Shown here: piece by piece, positions 29,316 to 38,221 of the stretch
How positions within the stretch are numbered: the stretch's first letter is position 1
Layout: each line of letters starts with the position of its first letter
From: an uncultured Nitrospiraceae bacterium
GTDB taxonomy: Bacteria; Nitrospirota; Thermodesulfovibrionia; Thermodesulfovibrionales; UBA6898
Assembly (NCBI GenBank): GCA_963811165.1
Contig: CAWEQH010000010.1
Span: 1,117,676-1,181,675, forward strand
Reading direction: 5' to 3'
Length of the DNA: 64,000 bases
Notes under the pieces: generated by a model
The model's database searches: none
Seen by the model: only the letters and a program-made list of their open reading frames with translations
What the model was told of the DNA's origin: nothing
Program-made: the position numbers and the translations under genes

Positions 29316-30223
29316 GAAAAAGGTTAGATGATCTTTTCACTTTTCACTTTTCCCTTTTCACCAACAGAAGCGGCATGGCCCTTGTCCTTGTCTTACTGAT
29401 CGTCGCCTTGATCACTGCTATGGTCGTGGAGTTTGCGTACGGAGTGTACGTCAACACTAATGCCCTTTATAACTGGCAGACCTCGCAGAAGCTCTCGTTC
29501 GCCGCAAAATCCGCGACAAAGCTGGCATCAAAGCTCATCACAAGCAACATGCTTGAACAGTATAAAACCAGGTCCGCCTTCGAGATGAGCCAGAAGATCC
29601 CCTTTGGAGACCTCGACGGCACCATAACCCTGAGGATAGAGGATGAGAATGCGAAATTCAATCTGAATTCGCTTAAGACCAGAGACGATTATCCATATGA
29701 GTCTTTCAAGAGGCTGCTTAAACAACTTAATCTAAAGCCTGAGATCGCGGACATGGTCTCTTTCTGGATTTCCGCCGACACTACGCACAGGCCCGGAGGG
29801 GCGATTGACCTTAAATCCAAGAATGCCGCCCTCGACAGCGTGGACGAACTTCTCCTTATACCGGGGATCGACAAGGAGAGCTATGGCAAGCTACAGCCCT
29901 ATGTTACAATATACGGCAGTGGAGAGGGTATGTTCTCAATCAACATAAATACGGCCGATGTTCCTGTGCTGATGTCTTTATCGGATGCAATAACGAAAGA
30001 CATGGCGGAACGCGTCATCACATACAGGCAGCTTACTCCTTTCAGTCTAGGCACAGATATTTTCCGCGTCTCAGGGTTCAATATAAATATGATAAATACG
30101 TCGTATTTGACGGCTAACGGGGCCGCATTCCACGTGTTTGCCACCGCAGAGTCGAACGGTATCAAAAGGATAATCGAGAGCGTGCTGCAAAATAATACGG
30201 TCCAATACTGGAAGGAGATGTGA
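29312..30223 (+). CDS. gspK: Minor pseudopilin GspK
   Basis: GMALVLVL, IEDENAKFNLN, SVDELLLIPG, ININTA. Confidence 0.9.
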   Translation: MRKRLDDLFTFHFSLFTNRSGMALVLVLLIVALITAMVVEFAYGVYVNTNALYNWQTSQKLSFAAKSATKLASKLITSNMLEQYKTRSAFEMSQKIPFGDLDGTITLRIEDENAKFNLNSLKTRDDYPYESFKRLLKQLNLKPEIADMVSFWISADTTHRPGGAIDLKSKNAALDSVDELLLIPGIDKESYGKLQPYVTIYGSGEGMFSININTADVPVLMSLSDAITKDMAERVITYRQLTPFSLGTDIFRVSGFNINMINTSYLTANGAAFHVFATAESNGIKRIIESVLQNNTVQYWKEM

Positions 30224-30251
30224 GAAGGCGTTTTTATGGTGAAGATGCCCT

Positions 30252-31322
30252 ATGAGTAAGACCACTCTTTTAGACCTAAAGGGCCGGGAACTTTCGGTAT
30301 ATAGCTTCGATAACGGCAATGGGCAGCCAAAAAGCACGACCACGATACCGGTTGGAGACGATTACTCCTTTACCATAGAAAGGCCCGCCGGTGCCGAAGA
30401 ATTCCTTTTCAGCCTCCCCCTCAGCCTCCTTGACTTCAGGGTCCTCGAATTGCCCTTCTCCGATATGAAAAAAGTAAGAGAGCTTGTCCCTTTTGAAATC
30501 GACAACCTCGTCCTGGGCGGCTCGGGCAGCGTTATATTCGATGCCTTCATCCTTGGCCGCGGTGAAGGAAAGTCTCAGGTCCTTGTGGCCTATGTCGCAA
30601 AGGAGACCCTGCGCACGATACTTAATAAGCTCATGGCCTCAGGCATCGACCCTAAGGCGATTATCTCTGTTGAGCTGGCGCATGCCGTGAGTTCATCTAC
30701 ATCCGCCGGGGAAATCTCAAGGAAGCTTCTCTCACCGGAACCCCTGGAGGAGAAGGACCGCATCTCCGCCGCTTTCGGAGAGATAAAGAACCAGACAGTA
30801 AACCTTAGGAGGGGTGAGTTCGCATACACGGCGGACGCGGAGCGGACGAAGAAATCCCTGATGCTGACCGCTGTACTCGTATTATTGGTGCTGCTCGTCT
30901 TTCTGGCGGACAATGCCATGGTCGCCGTTTCGACAAAACGCGAAAACGATTCGATCAAAGAGTCGATGCGAAAGATCTACACGGGCCTCTTTCCTACGGA
31001 AAAGAAGATATCGAATGAGCTCTATCAGCTCAAGGCCCACATAAAGGAACTGAAAGACAAGGAAAACTCCTTTGTCGGCCTCTCCCCTCTCAGGGTACTT
31101 CTCGACCTGAGCAGCGTCAGCAGGCCCGGCATATCGTTCATCGAGGTGGCGGTAGACAGGGACATTACTATCCTCAAGGGAGAAGCCCCCTCGATGAGCG
31201 ATGTCCAAAAGACGAAGACCCAACTGGAAAAAGTATTTACGGATGTCGCCATATCGGACACGAAACCGTCCTCCCAGGGCAAGACGCTCTTTACCATCAC
31301 CGTTAAAGGGAGGAAGGCATGA
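30252..31322 (+). CDS. gspL: Type II secretion protein GspL
   Basis: LELPF..KK..ELVPFE, VNLRRGEFAY before the TM; PilN-like C-terminus. Confidence 0.82.
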   Translation: MSKTTLLDLKGRELSVYSFDNGNGQPKSTTTIPVGDDYSFTIERPAGAEEFLFSLPLSLLDFRVLELPFSDMKKVRELVPFEIDNLVLGGSGSVIFDAFILGRGEGKSQVLVAYVAKETLRTILNKLMASGIDPKAIISVELAHAVSSSTSAGEISRKLLSPEPLEEKDRISAAFGEIKNQTVNLRRGEFAYTADAERTKKSLMLTAVLVLLVLLVFLADNAMVAVSTKRENDSIKESMRKIYTGLFPTEKKISNELYQLKAHIKELKDKENSFVGLSPLRVLLDLSSVSRPGISFIEVAVDRDITILKGEAPSMSDVQKTKTQLEKVFTDVAISDTKPSSQGKTLFTITVKGRKA

Positions 31323-31819
31323 ACCTGAAGGTCGACAGAAACGTCCTCGCGATCTCTGGCATCTTACTACTATTCATTGTCTGTGTCATATTGTTTGAAG
31401 TCTCTCTGTCTCTACAACGTGAACGCGATACCCTCAGGTCTCAGCAAAAAGAGATGCTTCTCCTGGCGAATGAATACGCGGGGTTGAAGAACATCGTCGC
31501 TACGGTCGAAGCGAAGAAATCGCTCACAAAGGCGGAGGGCATCGTCCAGGGGGTGGACGAGGTGTTTAAGTCGATGGGGCTCGGTCAAAAGGTCAAATCC
31601 GTAAAATCGACTGGGGCAATAGAAAAGAAATTTGCGTCCGAAGAAGAAGCGGAGGTCTCGGTCGAAAAAGTAACGATGAACGAGATGGTCAATATCCTTT
31701 ACCGGATAGAGAACGCACCGATGATCCTTTCCGTGAGAAAGACTTCCGTAAAAACCGCGTTCGATAATCCGTCCCTCCTCAATATCACGATGACGGTCGC
31801 GCTTATCAAGCCGAAGTGA
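31319..31819 (+). CDS. gspM: Type II secretion protein GspM
   Basis: N-terminal TM, coiled coil, ferredoxin-like C-terminus; synteny. Confidence 0.75.
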   Translation: MNLKVDRNVLAISGILLLFIVCVILFEVSLSLQRERDTLRSQQKEMLLLANEYAGLKNIVATVEAKKSLTKAEGIVQGVDEVFKSMGLGQKVKSVKSTGAIEKKFASEEEAEVSVEKVTMNEMVNILYRIENAPMILSVRKTSVKTAFDNPSLLNITMTVALIKPK

Positions 31820-32598
31820 AGCGTCTCCTGATCGTCTGCCTCTTCGTCGTGGCTTTCGTTTTCGGCATCTGGATCATCGCGGTCCCCGAATCCCTGCTCA
31901 CAGGCCTGATCGAGGGGGCAATTCATGACAACAATATCCGTATCGAAACGGCGGATGTCAGAAAAGGTATTTTTTTCGATTTTACCTGTAGCAGCATCCT
32001 CCTCAGGAAAAACGGCAAGACGCTTATTGCGTTTGACAACGTCACGGGCAGGATCAACCCCCTGTCGCTTTTGACATTGCGGCTGAACGCCCATTTCCAT
32101 GGGGGCAGCGGCGGCGGCAGCGTAGCCGGCACGATAGATCTTTTCAGGGGAAAAAGTCACATAGATATTGCCGTTACCGACGCGGATGTGTCAGCCATGC
32201 CTTTTTTCGCGCTCCTGGGCATTGAGGGAAAAGGGGTCCTCACCGGAGCATTGAAGATCGAGAATGCCCGCGGAGATATAACGTTTTCCATAAAGGACGC
32301 GCGATTCGGAGCAGGTTCGTTCGGAGGCGTCATGGTCCCCCTCGATGCGTTTACCGGCGCGCGCGGCGCCATGACCATTGCCGCCAATTCGGTCCGCATA
32401 ACTTCCTTCGCGCTTGAGGGCAGCGGCATTTATGCAAGGTTGCGGGGGGACATCACCGGCGGAAAAATGGACCTGACCATGGAACTCATGCCTGAGAAAT
32501 CATTCAAGGACAGTAATTTCATCTTTCTCGCGCTCGAAAAATATAAAGACTCTCCGGGGCATTATTCGATACCGATCACCGGCGGCCTGCCGCTTTAG
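31816..32598 (+). CDS. gspN: Type II secretion protein GspN
   Basis: N-terminal TM, Gly-rich beta repeats; last gene of the gsp operon. Confidence 0.72.
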   Translation: MKRLLIVCLFVVAFVFGIWIIAVPESLLTGLIEGAIHDNNIRIETADVRKGIFFDFTCSSILLRKNGKTLIAFDNVTGRINPLSLLTLRLNAHFHGGSGGGSVAGTIDLFRGKSHIDIAVTDADVSAMPFFALLGIEGKGVLTGALKIENARGDITFSIKDARFGAGSFGGVMVPLDAFTGARGAMTIAANSVRITSFALEGSGIYARLRGDITGGKMDLTMELMPEKSFKDSNFIFLALEKYKDSPGHYSIPITGGLPL

Positions 32599-32667
32599 CC
32601 CGGATAGCTCTTCAGAAATACAAAGAGCGGAAAGACCATCCCCCGAAACTTGATATAATTGTCAGAG

Positions 32668-33111
32668 ATGAGAAAAAAAATATATTCAATAATTTTGTTG
32701 TTTATTGTCCTTGCAATTTGTTGTTACTCATGCGGTCCAGGTGAAATACCAAAAGAAAAAGTCACCAAAATAGAGCGCTTCCTGAGAAACGCAGTAAAGG
32801 ATGCTCGCGAGGAAGATTACCGACGCCACAATATCAACATTGAGGTCCTTGTGACCGGGTTAAAGACAGAGAGGATCACCAGGAGAGAAACCGCAGAAGA
32901 TAATGAGTACTTCGTTCAGGGGAAGGTCTCTTATAGGATCAAGGGGAAAAGGAGCTGGGAGGACAAAGAAGGCAACATCATTGAATTAGAACCCGAACAG
33001 GAGATTATACACTGGTTTAGCTGCGGAGTTCTCGAAGATAAATATATGGGGATCTTGTTTAAAGACAACAAAAACCGTCTTATATTTTATGCGGACAACC
33101 CGCTAAAGTAG
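32668..33111 (+). CDS. Hypothetical lipoprotein
   Basis: Basic N-terminus, hydrophobic stretch, CYSCG. Confidence 0.65.
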   Translation: MRKKIYSIILLFIVLAICCYSCGPGEIPKEKVTKIERFLRNAVKDAREEDYRRHNINIEVLVTGLKTERITRRETAEDNEYFVQGKVSYRIKGKRSWEDKEGNIIELEPEQEIIHWFSCGVLEDKYMGILFKDNKNRLIFYADNPLK

Positions 33112-33273
33112 ACCCTCGTCGCGATCATTTCGGTCTGTGTTCTGACGTCCCGGACATGCCGTTTCTGAATCTCTATGCACTGAAACATTGTCTTGCTTTT
33201 CACCTCACAAGGTGATTAAATGGTTAGGAGAGAGGAGCCTTAAATAAATTATTTTCAGAATATGGGGTGAGAT

Positions 33274-34329
33274 ATGATAAGAATGATCAAGCATTTTTTC
33301 GCCGCGGCCGTCTTCATCTCTTTATCTCTTTTATCAGGCTGTGCAACTTCTGCAAACACGGTAAAAATTGACGATGCCACCGCCGCAAAACTGAGGTCCG
33401 AGGTGACCGTTTACGACTCTAAAAAACTGAGTGGGCTCGAATACACTACAGTCAAGGAAATTCACGCCACTGCATGCGGGAGCAGGGAGAATGGGATGGA
33501 CCAACTTAGATATATCGCCCTCTCGGCCGGCGCCAACGGGATTATAAAAGTAAGCTGTGGCAGCCTGCTGGGTCCAACTCTTATGCAAAATTGCCTGACT
33601 ACCGTAATGTGTGAGGCCGTTGCGATTAGAGCCGGCACAAAGAATGCCGAAACAGAAAAAGTCCGGACGGAAAAAGTCGAAAAGTCTGTAAAGAATCAGG
33701 TCATTGCTCAGGGGGAAGGGTTTACGCTTGGAAGACTTCCCCTTGTGGTAACGAGCTACGATGCGGTCGGCGAGGCAAAGGATGTTGAAATTATTTTTTC
33801 GGGAAATTACGTGACAAGAGGGAAAATAGTGAAGCGGGATGAGGAAAACAATCTGGCGATCATAGCCTTTGAAGAATTTCGCAAGGTGCCGGCAGGTTTC
33901 CGTATTTACCCTTCTTATAAGGTCAAAGCGGGACAGCAAATCTACGTTATCGGGTTGCCCGGGGCAACACAATCTGGAGAAAAACCGGGCGTTACGAAAG
34001 GAGCCATTTCGGCTACAGAGGGCCTCGGGGGGGACAGCAGGTATTTCGGAATTACAGCGCAGGGGAATCTATCAAACGCAGGGAGTCCTTTGCTTGACAG
34101 TCAGGGGAGACTTATCGGCATCGTGTCGCCTGCGCCGGGCAAGGTTTCTTCAACCCGCGCGAAGGAGCATGCGCCTCGGGGGATATACTTTGCCCTCAAA
34201 AGTAATGTGCTCTTAAATCTCTACCCGGAAATAGAAAGCCTAATCACATCTGAAAATGAGCCTTCGCTCTCCTCTGAGCAAATATTCGAAGCCTACAGCA
34301 GTTCTGTAGTTTCCTTGATGGTGAAGTAA
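33274..34329 (+). CDS. Lipoprotein with an RcsF-like Cys domain and a trypsin-like (HtrA-type) domain lacking catalytic His/Ser
   Basis: Lipobox LSGC; GEGF, VVTSYDAV, NLAII, IGLP, NAGSPLLDSQGRLIGIV. Confidence 0.7.
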   Translation: MIRMIKHFFAAAVFISLSLLSGCATSANTVKIDDATAAKLRSEVTVYDSKKLSGLEYTTVKEIHATACGSRENGMDQLRYIALSAGANGIIKVSCGSLLGPTLMQNCLTTVMCEAVAIRAGTKNAETEKVRTEKVEKSVKNQVIAQGEGFTLGRLPLVVTSYDAVGEAKDVEIIFSGNYVTRGKIVKRDEENNLAIIAFEEFRKVPAGFRIYPSYKVKAGQQIYVIGLPGATQSGEKPGVTKGAISATEGLGGDSRYFGITAQGNLSNAGSPLLDSQGRLIGIVSPAPGKVSSTRAKEHAPRGIYFALKSNVLLNLYPEIESLITSENEPSLSSEQIFEAYSSSVVSLMVK

Positions 34330-34691
34330 TCCTGCTAGAGATTTATTTCTAAGCGGGATAAACCCGGCTAGACGGCCTTCGGTCCCTTACGGGACAAAGC
34401 GGGTTATGGTCTCGAAATGGTACGTACATGATTTCCAGAAAACCCCTCAACCTCCCTTTTTCCAAAGTAATGAGCATTCAAGTTGTGAGACACTTAGTAA
34501 GTGTAGTTATTAATGTCCTTACATCTACCATGGCTTCGATGAAGTTCCGGTCCGGAACGCGGCAGGTTGTTTAGTTTATTTAACTGGACAATTATTTTTT
34601 ACGGGACTAGATTAAGGGTAACTTCCGAAATAGTAGCCCTTGATCAATTAGGGAACAGAGCTCACTTGTTGAACAAACCAAAAAAGAGAAA

Positions 34692-35009
34692 GTGATGATG
34701 AAAAGTTTTTTCTTTCCCTTCGTCGTAGCTCTTATCGTAGTAGGCGCCATTGACAGTACTATTACATTGGCCGCACTTACACCATCTCAATTGCTGACAG
34801 CGGTGGCGGTGGTGGTCCTTGTTGCGGTGTTTGGGGTGATCGTTGCCGCAGCCACAGGGGTAGCTGCACCGCAACTGTCGACACTTACGAGAAATTATTG
34901 TCTTGGCGAGGACCGTAGGGGAGAAGTTCAGAAGCGGCAGGAGAGAAATCGGATGGAAATAAACTGGTGGGACGCTGAACACATTGCCATCGGCTATCTG
35001 GGTGGGTAA
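34692..35009 (+). CDS. Small membrane hypothetical protein
   Basis: Two hydrophobic segments; no recognisable family. Confidence 0.4.
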   Translation: MMMKSFFFPFVVALIVVGAIDSTITLAALTPSQLLTAVAVVVLVAVFGVIVAAATGVAAPQLSTLTRNYCLGEDRRGEVQKRQERNRMEINWWDAEHIAIGYLGG

Positions 35010-35683
35010 GGCTCTCCTGATTGAGAGTTCTTCTCCGCCTTCGACCACGGGGATTTGTCCCTTACTTCACTTACCCGAAGGAGATACCCGAACGGATAGT
35101 CGGGCTGAAAGAGATGAAACTTATCGAACTCAAAGAGCTTTCTTGAGGCAAGAAGGAATCTGTAATGGGGGCTGCCTTTTTCGAGGATCTCGACGGTCCC
35201 GTTGACCTGAAAACTGATGTACTGCATGCCCTCCCGGCCGTATGCCATTCCCACATAGAGCAGACTCGCATAGGGATTTTCTCTCATGTTTTCGTGTGCC
35301 TTACCCTCAAATATCTCGAGGCCGCCGAGCATGGCAGGCTCGAAGTTATTGGTATCGGCATAAAGCTTTGACATAACACCGACCCTCTTTCCGAGGCTCT
35401 CTTCCCATGGCATAGATCTGGCTTCCGCTATTGTCCCTTGAAAGATGTCGATATAATCCTGAAGGAGGTCTTTCCTGGGGATAAGGCCTATCCCCTTCAC
35501 GGTCATATTGACGGGGAATTTTTCATCTCCGTCCTGCCGCCATGTGGCCATAACGGGCAGATGAGCAGAAAAATACCGCATCGGTCTTCCCCCGACCATG
35601 TCCTCTAAAAATTTGAGTCTCGATGACGACAGCCATTCGAGGCACACCGCAGGAAGTCTTCCCGATGTCAGTCTCGTTTCCAT
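34994..35683 (-). CDS. Pyridoxamine-5'-phosphate oxidase-like (split-barrel) flavin/heme-binding protein
   Basis: KAHENMRENPYASLLY and SFQVNGTVEI pattern. Confidence 0.6.
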   Translation of the reverse strand: METRLTSGRLPAVCLEWLSSSRLKFLEDMVGGRPMRYFSAHLPVMATWRQDGDEKFPVNMTVKGIGLIPRKDLLQDYIDIFQGTIAEARSMPWEESLGKRVGVMSKLYADTNNFEPAMLGGLEIFEGKAHENMRENPYASLLYVGMAYGREGMQYISFQVNGTVEILEKGSPHYRFLLASRKLFEFDKFHLFQPDYPFGYLLRVSEVRDKSPWSKAEKNSQSGEPYPPR

Positions 35684-35687
35684 TTTC

Positions 35688-35948
35688 TTACCCGTCCGTG
35701 TTCTTTAGTTTGCTGAATATGACAGCGCTCTTATAGAGTCTCAGATATGAACGGCCCGAGAGCAGGAGTAGTAGGATGATGACGAACCTTGGCCCATTCA
35801 TATCTCTCGCGACCAGACTGTGATAAATGAGGAATGATACGGCAACAACGACCGTAGCCACGCTGGATATTAAAAAAAGGCTCTTGCGCCTTGCCGCCCT
35901 TCGTAAAAATTTTTTTTCCTTTTCCGTTAATACCCTATCGATGTCCAC
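35688..35948 (-). CDS. Small two-TM membrane protein
   Basis: Two hydrophobic helices; overlaps the radical SAM stop. Confidence 0.65.
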   Translation of the reverse strand: MDIDRVLTEKEKKFLRRAARRKSLFLISSVATVVVAVSFLIYHSLVARDMNGPRFVIILLLLLSGRSYLRLYKSAVIFSKLKNTDG

Positions 35949-37203
35949 CCATTCCTCCCATCCCTGCTTTTTGTTTCAACTCCTCCATCATCTCCGGAGT
36001 AATTTCCTGACAGCCCTTCTCTACGGCATATTTTTCGGCGGCCGCCCTGACCATTGGCCTGACAAAAAAAGGGACCCTCTTTAGACGTTCCTCCGCCGCT
36101 TCAGTCCATAAAGGCACCGGCCCTGCAGATGCTTTCCCGCATGACGCAAAAGCAAAGGAAGGAGGCCTTATAGCGTCTCCTCCGCCCGGCATATATGCGC
36201 ACCATGGGTCTTCTCCAAGGTAATCATTCCCTAGCGCATAGGCCCTTGCCCTGCAGCCCCCGCATAGCAGACGGAATTCACAGCGCTCACATTTGCCTTT
36301 CAGTTGCGGACTTCTCAGCGAAAGTAGGACTTCGGAGCGCATCCAGATGTCATTGAAATCCGAATCCTTTACATTCCCCAGTGACAGAGGCATATAGGGG
36401 CAGGGGGTCACATCCCCATTAGGGGTGATCCTGCAGTAGCGCCGGCCCGCAAGACAGCGGCCTGTATCCATCTTTAAAAGCGGTGAATCCGGATTGTGCT
36501 GATAGAGCATTCTCCTGAATGTGGGCGCGCATCTCGTTCTGATCATCATGTCGCCATATTTCCCCTGAGCATCAGCTACGCATGAAAGGACCTCTTCGTA
36601 TTGCTCAGGTGTAATGTCGGTCAGCTCTTCGCCTTTGCCGGTACATACAAGAAAAAAGGGACTGAAGACCTTTGCCCCTAGCGCGTAAGCATATTCGATC
36701 AACTCGGGGATTGCGCGGAAGTTCTTTCTTGTTACTACGGCATTGATCTGCACCGAAAGCCCTTCGCTTCGGCAAATGGCGATGGCCTTCACAGCACTTT
36801 GCCAGGCGGCCTCATGAGACCGCATCTCATCATGAATTTCAGGGTCGACCGAATCAAGGCTTATACTTATTCCCGTAACCCCCGAGCGTGTCAACGATGA
36901 AGCCACCCTCTCATCGATGAGAAGTCCGTTTGAGCCGAGAACAACCATCATCCCCTTACCCGATGCGTGCACCGCGAGTTCGAAGATGTCCTCCCTTAGG
37001 AGGGGCTCCCCGCCGGAGAGTATCAGCATGGCCTCGTGGTTCACTCGGGCGATCTGATCAATGACCCCAAAGGCCTCTTTGGTAAGTAATTCATGGTGAT
37101 TGCGGCCGCTTCCGTCGTTATGGGCCGGGAGATAACAGTGTCTGCAGCTGAGGTTACATCTTCCAGTCACATTCCAGGATATAATTGAGAGGGTATCTTC
37201 CAT
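35935..37203 (-). CDS. Radical SAM/SPASM protein of the AhbC/AhbD/NirJ heme-synthesis family with a C-terminal PCP_red-like domain
   Basis: CNLSCRHC, SGGEPLLR, CLAG..YCRITPNGDVTPCPY, CxxC...CGGCRARA; tail WTEAAEERLKRVPFFVRPMVR. Confidence 0.85.
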   Translation of the reverse strand: MEDTLSIISWNVTGRCNLSCRHCYLPAHNDGSGRNHHELLTKEAFGVIDQIARVNHEAMLILSGGEPLLREDIFELAVHASGKGMMVVLGSNGLLIDERVASSLTRSGVTGISISLDSVDPEIHDEMRSHEAAWQSAVKAIAICRSEGLSVQINAVVTRKNFRAIPELIEYAYALGAKVFSPFFLVCTGKGEELTDITPEQYEEVLSCVADAQGKYGDMMIRTRCAPTFRRMLYQHNPDSPLLKMDTGRCLAGRRYCRITPNGDVTPCPYMPLSLGNVKDSDFNDIWMRSEVLLSLRSPQLKGKCERCEFRLLCGGCRARAYALGNDYLGEDPWCAYMPGGGDAIRPPSFAFASCGKASAGPVPLWTEAAEERLKRVPFFVRPMVRAAAEKYAVEKGCQEITPEMMEELKQKAGMGGMGGHR

Positions 37204-37209
37204 GGAGGA

Positions 37210-38211
37210 CTAATCCGTCTCTGCCCCGCAGGTCACAAGGACGCTGCATGATGCGAGCCGGAGGAGGTTTTCCGCCGTGTTGCCGATGTCCATTTCTTCC
37301 GTCTGGTGTGCACCGAACCTGCTCACCACAAGGAGGGACGGCGGGTCTTTTTCGATATATCTGCATATCTCGGAGTATGCCTTTCCAGCAAGAAGGACGG
37401 TTTTCACCTCCACCCCTTCTTTGCGGCCGGCAAGATAGGCTCTGTCCAGATGGCTCTGGTATATCTTACCGAGGCCGTCGTCTATGATTTCATCGTGGAG
37501 CTTTTCCTGCTCCGTGAACTTAAACATCTTACCGGCCTCATCGGAGAGGACGCCGACCAAGGCCTGAAATGCCCTCCGGTGAAAATGAGGATCATAGACC
37601 GAGACCGCCTCCACCTTAAGATCGAATAGCTTGCCCAATATCACGGCCTTTCTGAAGGCCGAGAAGGCCTCTTCGCTTCCGTCGATCGCAACAACGATCC
37701 TCTTACCGAGAGGACTACTGTTCTTTACGGCCAGTATGTCTGACCTTACCTTTCTTGCTACCCTTTCGCATACGCCGCCTATGAGATTTCCGTTTACCGC
37801 TCCGAGCCCTAGGACGCCCATGATCACCAGGTCGTAGCCGCTGCTTCTTACGTCCCTCAGGATCTCAAGCCAGTTTTTACCCTCCATGAGCTTGCAGTTG
37901 AACTGTATGCCCGCTTCCGTGCATCCGCGTTTGAAAGAGTCGAGATAGGCGTCGGAAATCAGCCGGAGCCCGTCGCCTATGAGGGAATCATGGACCTTCC
38001 TTGATCTCCTAAGCCTCTCTTCCTCCTGGTAGTGCCCGGGCAGGCCGACCTCCATGTCCCTGAATCTCTTGTCGTGCAGACCGGCACTGTACACATGGCT
38101 GCCTGTGAGCTCGCAGCCAAACCGTCCGGCAAGTGTAATTCCTAAGTCCGTACAGTACTGCGAATATTTCGAGTTGTCTACCGGGACCAATATCTTCTTA
38201 TACATATTCAT
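37210..38211 (-). CDS. Tandem universal stress protein
   Basis: YKKILVPVDNS, DLVIMG, IVVAIDGS, GNTAENLLRLASCSVLV. Confidence 0.88.
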   Translation of the reverse strand: MNMYKKILVPVDNSKYSQYCTDLGITLAGRFGCELTGSHVYSAGLHDKRFRDMEVGLPGHYQEEERLRRSRKVHDSLIGDGLRLISDAYLDSFKRGCTEAGIQFNCKLMEGKNWLEILRDVRSSGYDLVIMGVLGLGAVNGNLIGGVCERVARKVRSDILAVKNSSPLGKRIVVAIDGSEEAFSAFRKAVILGKLFDLKVEAVSVYDPHFHRRAFQALVGVLSDEAGKMFKFTEQEKLHDEIIDDGLGKIYQSHLDRAYLAGRKEGVEVKTVLLAGKAYSEICRYIEKDPPSLLVVSRFGAHQTEEMDIGNTAENLLRLASCSVLVTCGAETD

Positions 38212-38221
38212 TGATTCAGAA

